Positions 39,279 to 50,859 of a stretch of DNA of 64,000 nucleotides are shown here, in pieces (the first letter of the stretch is position 1; each line of letters starts with the position of its first letter). The notes beneath the pieces are model-generated. The model did not search any database and had not been told where the DNA came from. It worked only from the letters and a program-made list of their open reading frames with translations. This stretch comes from a bacterium (GTDB lineage: Bacteria; SAR324; XYD2-FULL-50-16; G965216635). Where the stretch lies: the NCBI GenBank assembly GCA_965216635.1, contig OZ244188.1, positions 960,001 through 1,024,000 of the forward strand. The letters are read 5' to 3'. A program made the position numbers and the translations under genes.

Positions 39279-40340
39279 ATGAAACAAAAAACAGCCCTCA
39301 TTACTGGAATAACAGGACAAGATGGTTCTTATCTGGCAGATTTTTTATTAACAAAAAATTATAAAGTGCACGGTATGATCCGCAGAAGTTCTACCATCAA
39401 TAATTGGAGAATTGAGCATTTATTTTTAGATAAAAAAATATACAATTCACAATTATTTTTACACTATGGAGATGTGACCGACGCTATTTCCTTGCAAAAT
39501 TTAATAAAAAAAACACTCCCTGATGAAATTTACAGCCTAGCAGCGCAAAGCCATGTAAAAATATCTTTTGAAATCCCAGAAATTACCGCCCAAATTGATG
39601 CAATCTCCACTCTGAAAATACTAGAGATTGTCCGTAGTTTAGGATTGAAAACAAAAATTTATCAAGCCTCTACTTCTGAACTCTACGGAAAACAAATCAC
39701 TCAGAAAGCTCAAAGCGAAACAACCGCTTTTCATCCTTACAGTCCTTATGCGATAGCCAAACTTTATAGCTATTGGATTATTAAAAACTATCGTGAAGCC
39801 TACAATTTATTTACTTGCAACGGAATACTTTTCAATCACGAAAGCGAAAGAAGAGGATTTAACTTTGTAAGCAGAAAAATCACTATTGGACTTTCCAATA
39901 TCAAATTGGGTTTGCAAAATTGTTTAGTATTAGGCAACTTAGAAGCCAAGAGAGATTGGGGCTACGCACCTGAATATGTGGAAGCAATGTGGTTGATGTT
40001 GCAACAAGAAAAAGCAGACGATTTTGTAATTGCTACAGGAGAAACTCATACTGTGCGGGAATTTATTGAAGTTTGCAGCAAAAAGCTAGAGATAGATTTA
40101 GAATGGCAGGGAAAAGGCATCCATGAAATCGGAATAGATAAAAAAACAGGAAAAACGATTGTCAAGATAGACGCCAAATATTTCCGCCCCACAGAGGTCA
40201 ATTTTCTTTTAGGAGACCCAAGCAAAGCCGAAAAAGAACTCGGATGGAAAGCAACAACTACATTCCATACTTTAGCTAGTAAACTTATACAGCACGACTA
40301 TAATTTAGCTAAAACGCAACAGGGAAAAATTTTGTATTAA
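39279..40340 (+). CDS. gmd: GDP-mannose 4,6-dehydratase
   Basis: ITGITGQDGSYL, QASTSELYG, FNHES.RR, RDWG, RPTEV. Confidence 0.96.
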   Translation: MKQKTALITGITGQDGSYLADFLLTKNYKVHGMIRRSSTINNWRIEHLFLDKKIYNSQLFLHYGDVTDAISLQNLIKKTLPDEIYSLAAQSHVKISFEIPEITAQIDAISTLKILEIVRSLGLKTKIYQASTSELYGKQITQKAQSETTAFHPYSPYAIAKLYSYWIIKNYREAYNLFTCNGILFNHESERRGFNFVSRKITIGLSNIKLGLQNCLVLGNLEAKRDWGYAPEYVEAMWLMLQQEKADDFVIATGETHTVREFIEVCSKKLEIDLEWQGKGIHEIGIDKKTGKTIVKIDAKYFRPTEVNFLLGDPSKAEKELGWKATTTFHTLASKLIQHDYNLAKTQQGKILY

Positions 40341-40532
40341 AAAATACTTAAGAGACTTTTGAATTAGTCTACGGGAATAGTGAAAATTTTCTTTAAAGGT
40401 GTTTCTTTAAAAAATAGAAACTTTTCATACGGCATAAAAAATTCTTTATTCCTACAAAAAACACTAAATTACATGGCTGGAAATATCTGTTATTTCATTT
40501 CCATCGGTTAACTTTTTTTCATAGTGTTTGGT

Positions 40533-41273
40533 TTATTTATTTTTTTTCATAAATTTGGCGATCTGTTTGTTTGCTTCAATACCTTCTTCGGTATCTAGCA
40601 ACTCTCTTTTAATTATATCATTTTTAATAATTTCACTAATCTCATCTGTTTTAATTTTCATATTATTTTTTAGTTTATTTAGATGAAATTTTACCACTTT
40701 AGCAATCGGTTCAGTTTGTAATAAAGCTCCTATAGTGTAGCGATTCATAAATTTTTTTATTTCAGCATATTCACTAATAAGGTCTTTGCTAACTCCTTTT
40801 CTACACAGTAAAAATAACTCTTCCTGTTCTTCTTTTTTTTTAGGATTTATTGCTTCAAAATTAAAACTAAAAAGCTCTTTGCTAGTAATTTTGTTTTTTA
40901 AAGTAACACAATGAACTTGCCAATCTATTCCGTTAGTTAATACTACCCATTTTATACCTTCATCTGCTGCATAATGAATAGCTTGTTTTAAGTGTATATC
41001 TTTCAATTGGATTCCTATTGCCTTAACTTCAATGAGATAGTCAATTTTTTTATTTGTCTTTATGGCAAGATCACAATATGTTCCTTTAATTTCATATTCT
41101 CTTGTGATTTCTGAATATTTATCAAATCCAAAGATTTCTTCTAGCATATCAGCAACAATAGCTACAGTATCTGCTTCGTTAATATCTGATTCTTTTGCTT
41201 TAACTAATATTTTTTGAAATCTTGGCACTTTAGAAATTAATCTTTGTGCAACTGCTGATGGAATTTTACTCAT
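40533..41273 (-). CDS. Stand-alone HsdR N-terminal-type PD-(D/E)xK nuclease domain protein
   Basis: NEADT, FGFD, I.REY, CD.AI, IEVK, QA..YA, LTNG..W. Confidence 0.75.
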   Translation of the reverse strand: MSKIPSAVAQRLISKVPRFQKILVKAKESDINEADTVAIVADMLEEIFGFDKYSEITREYEIKGTYCDLAIKTNKKIDYLIEVKAIGIQLKDIHLKQAIHYAADEGIKWVVLTNGIDWQVHCVTLKNKITSKELFSFNFEAINPKKKEEQEELFLLCRKGVSKDLISEYAEIKKFMNRYTIGALLQTEPIAKVVKFHLNKLKNNMKIKTDEISEIIKNDIIKRELLDTEEGIEANKQIAKFMKKNK

Positions 41274-41371
41274 TTTATTTTTATTGAAAAGTTAGAATTA
41301 AAACGATGGATTTTTATAGAAATAGTAGCAAGAATAATAAACCTCAGTCAACAGAGGATCAATCTACAGGA

Positions 41372-41409
41372 AAATAAATTGTAGAGACACCTGTAAGGCA
41401 TCTCTACAA
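41372..41409 (-). terminator. Intrinsic terminator-like hairpin after 16S
   Basis: Minus strand ttgtagagatgcc-ttaca-ggtgtctctacaa followed by tttatttt. Confidence 0.65.
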
Positions 41410-41487
41410 AGGAGCAGGAAATGATTTGTATTTGCGAAACGAAGGTTTTTAGAGCAAATTTTTACAAATTCACTCAAAAGTTCCTTT

Positions 41488-43002
<1,515 letters not shown>

Positions 43003-43148
43003 TTTATTTTTTGTGTTCCGCACAAATCATTTCCTGCAATGTCTAAGATCTTCTGTGATGCGCTCAAAAGAGCTAGAAGCAGACGAAAATACCCTATTTT
43101 TTAGAAAATAAAGATATAGATCCTGAATTCGTCAGTATGAATTTCTAG

Positions 43149-43220
43149 TTTATAACTATTTTTGTAAAATAGTCAAGTGTTTTTTTTATTTTTTTATAAA
43201 AAAAATTTTTTTTTTATAAA
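43149..43220 (-). promoter_or_regulatory. rRNA promoter
   Basis: TTGACT (43176-43171), 16-bp spacer, TATAAA (43154-43149), A/T-tract UP-element-like region upstream. Confidence 0.65.
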
Positions 43221-43243
43221 ATCTCTAAAGAAATATTTATTTT

Positions 43244-44407
43244 TTATAAAGTAATCTGTCCTGTGAGCCCACAAAAAATCTCTTGTTCGTTAATCACCCC
43301 AAGTAACTTTTTGTCGCTGATTACTAAAACGGGAGCATCCGTTTTATAGCGAATTTCTACTATTTTTTTCATATCTAATTCACTATCTACCATTACAACG
43401 TCGCCTTTCTGCAATTTTTGGTTTTGAAACAAGACTAACTTCGCAGTAGAAGAACTTTCCACTTTTTTAGGAAATTTATATTCGTCTAAGAACAGTTTCC
43501 AATTTTTTCTTGAATCTAAAGTAATACTACCATTTTTCGGCAGAGAGGAAAAAGATTTCATCAAAATACTAGCATAAAGAGCATTGACGGCGTTGATATT
43601 ATTTACAAAACTTTTAACATAAGAATTTTCAGGAGTAAAAATAATTTCTTGAGCTGTGCCTGCTTGCACAATTTCTCCCATATTCATAATCACAATTTTA
43701 TCCCCTATCCGCACAGCTTCGTCTAGGTCGTGGCTAACAAAGACAATTGTTTTTTTAAGTTTTTTTTGTAGGTTGTTCAATTCTCCTTGTAGATTGTGCC
43801 TAATCAGAGGATCCAATGCCGAAAAAGGTTCGTCCATCAACAAAATTTTTGCTTCTGTTGCCAAAGCTCTTGCTAAACCAACCCTTTGCTGCATCCCTCC
43901 AGATAGTTCTTGGATTCTTTTTTCACCCCAATCACCTAATCCCACTAGTTTCAATTTTTCTTGCACAGTTTGAGTGATAAAACTCTTTTTTTTTTTTTGT
44001 AAGTCTAACCCAAAAGCAACATTATCTTGAACGTTAAGCCATTTTAGAAGAGCAAAACTCTGAAAAACAAAAGAAATACTATTCATTCTTAAATTAGTTA
44101 GCTGCTTTTTGGTGCAGGAGGTAATATCTACCCATTCTTGCTTTTCAAAAATCTCTATAGTTCCAGCAGTGGGTTTATTCAATCCATTGAGGCAACGCAG
44201 CAAGGTAGATTTTCCAGAACCTGATAATCCCATTACAACACATGTTTTTCCTTCTTCAAAATTTATGGAAATATCACGCAAGCCGACATTATTGTTATAT
44301 TTATTTCTAATTTCTTCGTTAGATACTCCTTTTCTAAGTAACGGAATAATGCTTTGAGGTTTTTTTCCAAATACTAAATCCAAATTTTTTGCTTTAATAA
44401 TATCCAT
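43244..44407 (-). CDS. choV: Choline/glycine betaine ABC transporter ATP-binding subunit
   Basis: GLSGSGKST, LSGGMQQRVGLARA, MDEPFSALDPLIR. Confidence 0.88.
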   Translation of the reverse strand: MDIIKAKNLDLVFGKKPQSIIPLLRKGVSNEEIRNKYNNNVGLRDISINFEEGKTCVVMGLSGSGKSTLLRCLNGLNKPTAGTIEIFEKQEWVDITSCTKKQLTNLRMNSISFVFQSFALLKWLNVQDNVAFGLDLQKKKKSFITQTVQEKLKLVGLGDWGEKRIQELSGGMQQRVGLARALATEAKILLMDEPFSALDPLIRHNLQGELNNLQKKLKKTIVFVSHDLDEAVRIGDKIVIMNMGEIVQAGTAQEIIFTPENSYVKSFVNNINAVNALYASILMKSFSSLPKNGSITLDSRKNWKLFLDEYKFPKKVESSSTAKLVLFQNQKLQKGDVVMVDSELDMKKIVEIRYKTDAPVLVISDKKLLGVINEQEIFCGLTGQITL

Positions 44408-45234
44408 TAATTTTGTTCTGGTTGGTGTTTCAGAAATCTATCTAATAAAATGGCGAGCAATACAATAGAAAATCCTGCTTCAAATCCTTGCTCAATATTT
44501 ACTGAGTTTAAGGCACGCACAACAGGTTTTCCAAGCCCATCTGCTCCTACCAAAGCAGAAATTACAACCATAGATAAGGAAAGCAAAATAGTTTGAGTAA
44601 TCCCTAAAAGAATGGAAGGCATAGCGTAGGGGATTTCAATTTTGCGAAGTAACTCCCAACGATTAGCACCAAAACTTTCTCCTGCATCTACAAGTTCTTT
44701 GGGAACATTATGAACGCCTAAGTAGGTCAAACGAACTATCGCTGGAATTGCAAAAATTACAGTAGAAACCAAACCAGGCACAACACCTAGTCCGAATAAA
44801 ATCAAAGCGGGTATCAGATAAACAAAGGTGGGAATAGTCTGCATCATATCCATAATGGGTCTGATCACACTATAGAATATAGTTTTTTTAGCAGCTAAAA
44901 TTCCTATCGGAGTCCCAAAAAAAACACAGGTTACAGTGGAAACTATTACTAGTGCAAGTGTTTCCATCGCTTCTTCCCAATAACCTTGATTGAGAATCAA
45001 AAAAAGACAAGAGGCAGCCAGTAGTGTTACTTTTATATTTCTATGAACAAAATAAAACAGAGCAGATACAAACAAAATCAGTAGATATGGAGATGGGAAA
45101 TTGAGTAAAAACACAAATCCCAAAATTAAACTCTCCATACTAATAGAGAATATATCAAATAACCACCCTACTTTATCATTTAAAAAATCAACAAAGATGT
45201 TGCACCATTTGCCGAGTGGTATTTTATAACTCAC
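44407..45234 (-). CDS. choW: Choline/glycine betaine ABC transporter permease
   Basis: MQTIPTFVYLIP, LSMVVI.ALVGADGLG.PV.RALN. Confidence 0.88.
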   Translation of the reverse strand: MSYKIPLGKWCNIFVDFLNDKVGWLFDIFSISMESLILGFVFLLNFPSPYLLILFVSALFYFVHRNIKVTLLAASCLFLILNQGYWEEAMETLALVIVSTVTCVFFGTPIGILAAKKTIFYSVIRPIMDMMQTIPTFVYLIPALILFGLGVVPGLVSTVIFAIPAIVRLTYLGVHNVPKELVDAGESFGANRWELLRKIEIPYAMPSILLGITQTILLSLSMVVISALVGADGLGKPVVRALNSVNIEQGFEAGFSIVLLAILLDRFLKHQPEQN

Positions 45235-45250
45235 AGTTTATCTAATTATT

Positions 45251-45434
45251 TAGTCCTTTGAATTTGCCAAATAGCACAAAACTAGCTGTGACGAGCTAGC
45301 CAAATGGTTAGAACAGGTGCGAAAATTTTTTTTAGCTCGCTGGAATGCTGAAGAGCATTTCTTCACAAATGGCAAGAGTTAAAAAAAATTTTCACCTCTG
45401 CATAGGCTAAACAGAATGCAAATTCAAAAGTCTA
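45251..45434. mobile_element. Palindromic MITE-like element between choX and choW
   Basis: tagtcctttgaatttgcc ... gcaaattcaaaagtcta, abutting the choX stop codon. Confidence 0.9.
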
Positions 45435-46370
45435 TTATCTTTTTTTAATGTAGGTGGTAACAGCTTTCAAACCGTCTTTTCCTTTGACTGTTTTGACTCC
45501 TTTCAACCACTGTTTCAAGACAGATAAATTGCCCTTGAGATACTCCACAGCCGCTGCTTCAGGGTCTGCTTTCTGGTTGATAATTTTATCCATTACTATA
45601 CCTTCCATATCTAAAGTGAAAACAAGATTTTTAAGCAATTTACCTACATTGGGACATTTTTTTGTATAGCCTGTAGAAACATTGGTATGCACTGTAGCTG
45701 CACCAAAATCTGCTCCAAAATGATCGTCACCATCTTTTAAATAGGTTATATTGTATTTTACATTCATTGGGTGAGGTGCCCAAGCTAAAAAAACAATATC
45801 TTTTTTTTTTTTAGAAAACCTACTTACTTGTGCTAGCATACCCTGTTCGCTAGATTCCTTGACTTTAAACCCTTTCAAAGCGAAATTATCGTTTTTAATC
45901 ATATCCAAAATAATACGATTACCATCATTACCCGGTTCAATTCCATAGATATTCCCGTTTAAACTTTTTTTGAATTTGGAAATATCCTTAAAAGAATTCA
46001 AGCCTTTTTTGAAAGTATAATTCAAAGTAGCTAGGGTATATTTCGCACCAGTCAGGTTTGTTTTTATACTTTCCACTGTTTTGTTATTCAAATAAGGTCT
46101 AATATCATTTTCCATCGTAGGCATCCAATTGCCTAAAAACACATCAATATCCTTATTAGACAGGGAAGTGTAGGTCACTGGAACTGAAAGTAATTTTACA
46201 TCTGTCTCGTAACCTAATCCTTTTAACACAACAGTAGATAAAGCAGTGGTAGCTGTAATATCCGTCCACCCAACATCCGAAAATCTTACTTTACTGCATG
46301 TTTTTGCATAAAGTAAGGAAGTTTGACTTAACAAAAAAAGCAAAATCAAACCTTTGATTATTTTTTTCAT
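45435..46370 (-). CDS. choX: Choline ABC transporter substrate-binding protein
   Basis: VRFSDVGWTDITATT, DVFLGNWMP, GAKYTLA, GIEPGNDGN, W.PHPMN; start ATG 46370. Confidence 0.9.
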   Translation of the reverse strand: MKKIIKGLILLFLLSQTSLLYAKTCSKVRFSDVGWTDITATTALSTVVLKGLGYETDVKLLSVPVTYTSLSNKDIDVFLGNWMPTMENDIRPYLNNKTVESIKTNLTGAKYTLATLNYTFKKGLNSFKDISKFKKSLNGNIYGIEPGNDGNRIILDMIKNDNFALKGFKVKESSEQGMLAQVSRFSKKKKDIVFLAWAPHPMNVKYNITYLKDGDDHFGADFGAATVHTNVSTGYTKKCPNVGKLLKNLVFTLDMEGIVMDKIINQKADPEAAAVEYLKGNLSVLKQWLKGVKTVKGKDGLKAVTTYIKKR

Positions 46371-46380
46371 ATTTATTTTA

Positions 46381-46935
46381 TAGATCTTTGAATTTGCCAA
46401 ATAGCACAAAACTAGCTGTGACTGCTAGCCAAATGGCTAGAACAGGTGCGAAAAAATTTTTTAGCTCGTAGGAATACTGAAGTATTTCAAGAGTTAAAAA
46501 ATTTTTTCAACGCTGCATAGGCTAAACAGAATGCAAATTCAAAATTCTATTTTATTAAAATTAAGAAGACCATTGAATTAGTGTTATGCGATAGCTAGCC
46601 AAATGGTTATAAAAGTGCAAAAAAAAAATTAGCTCGCTGAAATATCGTAGTGCCACAATAACGAGACAGGGACACTACAAAATTTGCATAATTTCCAAAA
46701 AGAAATGTAAAAGAGCCAAAAGGCACTTTTACTATAGCCCTTATGAAATAGATCGCAACAAGAGAGAGCATTTCTTCACAAATTGCAAGAGTTAAAAAAA
46801 ATTTTTAACTCTTGCTTTGGCTAAACAGAACGTTAATTCAAAGGTCTCTAAGATTTTTGAATGAATGCGAAGTCTAGCAAAGCAAAAAATTTTTAAACGA
46901 TGCCTAGACTAAATTGCTTTACATTCAAAAGTCTC
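46381..46935. mobile_element. Cluster of three adjacent MITE-like elements (46381..46549, 46566..46848, 46850..46935)
   Basis: Three successive TIR pairs of the aga(c/t)...tgaa / ttcaaa...tct type with different internal modules. Confidence 0.85.
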
Positions 46936-46943
46936 ATGGTTAA

Positions 46944-47777
46944 TTACCACAAGGAACCAGCAGAGATGGTTAAATCTTGCATAGTTACACCTATAGCATT
47001 TTTACGACATAAAAAAAGCGTCATTTCTGCAATTTCTTCAGGTTCTATCAAACGTTTTTGAGGATTGCTCTGTTTGGCATCTTCAATATATTCTTGACCT
47101 TGCCTTTTTTCTTGTTTTTCTGCAATATCTGTCATCCAATCACGACCAAAATTCGTATTCGTCCAACCTGGGCTAATAGAATTACAAGATACATTATGCA
47201 AAGCACCTTCTAACGCTACACATCGGGACAACCCCACTACTCCTGCCTTAGAAGCACAGTAGACACCTGAAGTTTCTGCACCTACAGAAGCTGCTGTAGA
47301 AGCAATATTGATAATCCTACCCCATTTTTGCTCTATCATCCAAGGTAAAATTCTTTTGATGGTTCGGTAGCAACCATTCAAATTGACATCTATAACTTTA
47401 TTCCAAAGGGCATCGCTGTGGTCTACAATTTTGGATTCTGCGGTAATTCCTGCAGCATTAGCTAGAATATGCACCGTGCCAAATCTATCTTTCGCAGCCT
47501 GACAAAAATTTTCCACTGAATCATTGTCTGTTACATCTAGATTCATAGCTAAGCATTCTACTCCCAAATTTTCAATAGATTTTTGAACCTGCTCTTTTTC
47601 TTTTTCTGTAGGCAGATAAGAAACTTCTCCTTCAGTTTTTTTCACTCCCGTGCTCATCAAGGAACCAATAGTGATATTAGCTCCTGCCTTTGCTAGTTTG
47701 GTAGCTATTGCTCTACCCATTCCAGAAAAACCACCTGTAATTACAGCAATTTTTCCTTGCAAAAATTTTTCACTCAT
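46944..47777 (-). CDS. SDR-family NAD(P)-dependent oxidoreductase
   Basis: TGG.SGMG, NAAG, YCASK, N.ISPG motifs. Confidence 0.9.
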   Translation of the reverse strand: MSEKFLQGKIAVITGGFSGMGRAIATKLAKAGANITIGSLMSTGVKKTEGEVSYLPTEKEKEQVQKSIENLGVECLAMNLDVTDNDSVENFCQAAKDRFGTVHILANAAGITAESKIVDHSDALWNKVIDVNLNGCYRTIKRILPWMIEQKWGRIINIASTAASVGAETSGVYCASKAGVVGLSRCVALEGALHNVSCNSISPGWTNTNFGRDWMTDIAEKQEKRQGQEYIEDAKQSNPQKRLIEPEEIAEMTLFLCRKNAIGVTMQDLTISAGSLW

Positions 47778-47799
47778 ATTTCTATTTTTTGTTTAATTT

Positions 47800-49266
47800 T
47801 TATTTATAGGGGCAATCTACATCGCCCATTTCTACATACACGCTTTTTAGCTGTGTATAATGCTGGACGGCTACCAAAGAATTTTCTCTACCCAATCCAG
47901 AATGTTTTACACCTCCAAAAGGCATTTCAATTGGAGTTAAATTGTAGTTATTGATCCAACAAACACCTGCTTCTAACCCTGCAGAGATCCTGTGGGCTCT
48001 CTGAATATTTTTAGTAAAAATTCCTGAAGATAGACCATACGGAGTATTATTGGCTCTTTTTAAAACGCCTTGCTCATCCTCATCGTCAAATTCTAGCACC
48101 GACATCACAGGTCCAAAAATTTCTTCTTTAGTAATTACAAAATCGTCTTTACAATCGGAAAAAACAGTTGGTTCTACAAAAAAACCTTTTTCGCAGTTTT
48201 GAGGAAAAACTCTTTTTCCTCCAATTAGCAAGTTAGCTCCTTCTTTTTTGCCTTGCTCTATATAAGATAATACTTTTTCTAAATGCTCCTCTGAAATCAA
48301 AGCACCTACCTGTGTGTCCGGGTGCATAGGATCCCCAATTTTCATTCTAGCAGTTCGTTCTAACAGGGCAGCAATAAATTTTTCCTTGATAGATTTTGCT
48401 ACAAACACCCTTGTAGCATTAGAGCAGACCTCTCCCTGGGTATAAAAATTTGCCATCATCGCCCCAGAAACTGCGTTGTTTAAATCTGCATCAGCAAAAA
48501 TCATCAAGGGCGATTTTCCACCTAACTCCATTGTAGTATGCTTCATAGTATCGGCAATATCTGCTAAAATTTTCTTGCCAGTTTCTACTTCTCCGGTAAA
48601 AGAAACTTTTTGAATTCCCTCGTGCTTGGTTATTAGCCTGCCTGTAGTTTCATCTCCCTGCACCAAATTAAAAACACCTTTGGGAACTCCCGCTTCACAG
48701 TAAATTTCAGCAAGTTTATAAGTAGTAAGAGGCGTTAATTCCGAAGGTTTGAAAATCATAGTATTACCACAAGCCAAAGCAGGAGCGGATTTCCAACAAG
48801 CAATTTGAATAGGGTAATTCCAAGCACCAATTCCAGCACAAACTCCTAATGGTTCTCTTCTTGTATAGACAAAAGAATCACCCAAATCAAAGTGATCTCC
48901 ATGAATAGTAGGCGCAATTCCTGCAAAATAATCTATTGCATCAGCACCAGATAATACATCAACGGCTGCGGCTTCTTGGATAGGTTTTCCTGTATCCAAT
49001 ACCTCCAAATTGGCAATTTCTCGGTTTTGCCGACGCAAAAGTTGGGCTGCTTTTTTGAGGATAACTGCTCTTTCTGTGCCTGTCATTTTAGACCAAACTG
49101 CAAAACCCTGCCTAGCAGAATCTACCGCCAAATCTATATCTTCTTTGCCTGCCACTTGCACATTACAAATTACTTCATTTTTAGCAGGATTGATTGTAGT
49201 AAAAACCCTTTCTTTATGATATGCGTCTTTGTTTTCTCCGTGTATAAACAGTTTTTTTTCATCCAT
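47800..49266 (-). CDS. betB: Betaine aldehyde dehydrogenase
   Basis: GIGAWNYPIQIACWKSAPAL, ELGGKSP, QGEVCSN, EEIFGPV, C-terminal KSVYVEMG. Confidence 0.93.
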   Translation of the reverse strand: MDEKKLFIHGENKDAYHKERVFTTINPAKNEVICNVQVAGKEDIDLAVDSARQGFAVWSKMTGTERAVILKKAAQLLRRQNREIANLEVLDTGKPIQEAAAVDVLSGADAIDYFAGIAPTIHGDHFDLGDSFVYTRREPLGVCAGIGAWNYPIQIACWKSAPALACGNTMIFKPSELTPLTTYKLAEIYCEAGVPKGVFNLVQGDETTGRLITKHEGIQKVSFTGEVETGKKILADIADTMKHTTMELGGKSPLMIFADADLNNAVSGAMMANFYTQGEVCSNATRVFVAKSIKEKFIAALLERTARMKIGDPMHPDTQVGALISEEHLEKVLSYIEQGKKEGANLLIGGKRVFPQNCEKGFFVEPTVFSDCKDDFVITKEEIFGPVMSVLEFDDEDEQGVLKRANNTPYGLSSGIFTKNIQRAHRISAGLEAGVCWINNYNLTPIEMPFGGVKHSGLGRENSLVAVQHYTQLKSVYVEMGDVDCPYK

Positions 49267-49446
49267 TGTTCTTGCTTTTAAAAATCAACCCCAATTCCTT
49301 TAAAACCTGCACATTATCTCATAAAGCTATAGTTTAAACTTATAGTAGTCAAGAGTTTTTTTATTTTCCTATGAAAAAAAAATTATTGACAAATTATTAC
49401 TTTTAATTTAGATAATTACTATTATCTATCTACTCAAAATAAAAAA

Positions 49447-49905
49447 ATGAAGAAAAAAACTAAAATATGGATAGCTTCCGTAGTTGGTGTGGGTTTAATT
49501 TTAGTTATTGTGCTTGCAATAGCTCCTCTCTTTTTTGGCAAAACTCTCAACGAAGGTTTCAGTGCTGGTGATAGTTCTTTGAAATTTTCCGGCAAGTTTG
49601 AAAAAATAGACTATAATGTGGAAGGGAGTTTTAAAGTTTATAATCAAAACGGAAAAAAAATTTTAAGGATTGAAAATTTAGATATTGCCAATGGACCTGA
49701 TGTATACTTGGTTTTATCTAACAAAAAACCTTCCTTTGGCAATAGCGAATACGAAATTGTTGAAAAACTAAAAGCAAATAAAGGAAGTTTTAATGTAGAG
49801 CTAAACGAAAATATTGATTTTTCTCAGTATAAATATTTGCTGATTCATTGCAAAGCCTTTTCTCACACTTTCGCTGGAGCAGAAATAGCTACTATCTCTC
49901 TCTAA
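49447..49905 (+). CDS. DM13-domain protein
   Basis: N-terminal TM; G.F, V.G, GPD.Y..LS, LK..KG, IHC..FS..F..A. Confidence 0.8.
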   Translation: MKKKTKIWIASVVGVGLILVIVLAIAPLFFGKTLNEGFSAGDSSLKFSGKFEKIDYNVEGSFKVYNQNGKKILRIENLDIANGPDVYLVLSNKKPSFGNSEYEIVEKLKANKGSFNVELNENIDFSQYKYLLIHCKAFSHTFAGAEIATISL

Positions 49906-50034
49906 ATCGCATTAAAATTTGCTATAGCTTTCCTAAGCTATTTGTATTGTTTATAAATTCTTAAACTTTTTACAATAAGCTATAAAAAACTATTGGGAAT
50001 TGTTTTAAATACTAAAACTGTAATCAAAAAAAAC

Positions 50035-50364
50035 ATGGCACTAATAAATATTAAAACAGATTTTTCTGCTGTACCTATTGGAAGGTACCCAGTAGATAGT
50101 GATGTTAGCGGAGAAAAATTCAGAAAAGAACTCCTTAAACCTAAATTAAACAAATTAGGTGATGGAGAAAAATTACGTATAGATCTTAATGGTGTGGCTG
50201 GATATGGTTCTTCTTTTCTGGAAGAAGCTTTTGGAGGTCTTGTCCGTGCTGAAGGTTTCAGTGGTCAAGATTTACACGACAAACTGGAAATTTTAGCTGA
50301 TGAAGTTTATGAAATGTATTCAGAGTTAATTTGGGAATACATAGATGATGCTGATGCTGCTTAA
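50035..50364 (+). CDS. STAS-like DUF4325 protein
   Basis: DFS..P.GRY..D...SGE.FR..LL.P, IDL.G..GYGSSFLEEAFGGLVR. Confidence 0.85.
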   Translation: MALINIKTDFSAVPIGRYPVDSDVSGEKFRKELLKPKLNKLGDGEKLRIDLNGVAGYGSSFLEEAFGGLVRAEGFSGQDLHDKLEILADEVYEMYSELIWEYIDDADAA

Positions 50365-50399
50365 TTTAATATTGTCTATATTAATTAAATATTTTAAAT

Positions 50400-50840
50400 A
50401 TGCCATTATTTTCTATACTACTCCCTATAATTATCTCTGCTCTAGTTTCATACTTTTTCAATCATCGTCTAAATCATATTTTCACCAAAAAGCACAACCA
50501 ACAAAAAGACGCCGATTACTTTATTAAACAATTAGAAGAATTAAACTCTTTTTGTTATGAATACTGGTATGAAAGCCAGTCCAAACATAAAAATTTGCTC
50601 GCTTATAGAATAATTTTTAGAATTCTACTTCTTAAAATTTTATTGGAAGATTTTAACAGAAAATATAAGCTCAAAAAATCTAATAAAGAAAGTTACCAAA
50701 AAATCCGAGAGCAAATACTCAATTTACAAAAAATAGCTTCTAGCAGAAATTTTAAAAATGATAAAAAAGATGTAAAGAATTATTTTGATATATTAGCAAA
50801 TATTAATTATCTGCATAAAAAAATACTAGAATCCTTTTAG
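50400..50840 (+). CDS. Hypothetical membrane-anchored helical protein
   Basis: N-terminal TM; co-oriented after DUF4325; very AT-rich. Confidence 0.55.
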   Translation: MPLFSILLPIIISALVSYFFNHRLNHIFTKKHNQQKDADYFIKQLEELNSFCYEYWYESQSKHKNLLAYRIIFRILLLKILLEDFNRKYKLKKSNKESYQKIREQILNLQKIASSRNFKNDKKDVKNYFDILANINYLHKKILESF

Positions 50841-50859
50841 TAGCATTATAAGTGGCATA

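Noticed and set aside
41280..41487. tRNA or ITS downstream of 16S
   Set aside because: No cloverleaf or T-loop motif; the region holds the processing stem and a terminator-like hairpin
46381..46935. CRISPR array or riboswitch upstream of choX
   Set aside because: Fully explained by three adjacent copies of the dispersed palindromic element
49324..49352. BetI operator upstream of betB
   Set aside because: An imperfect palindrome (ctatagtttaaacttatag) overlaps a plausible promoter, but it does not match the BetI site as I recall it and betI is absent from the window
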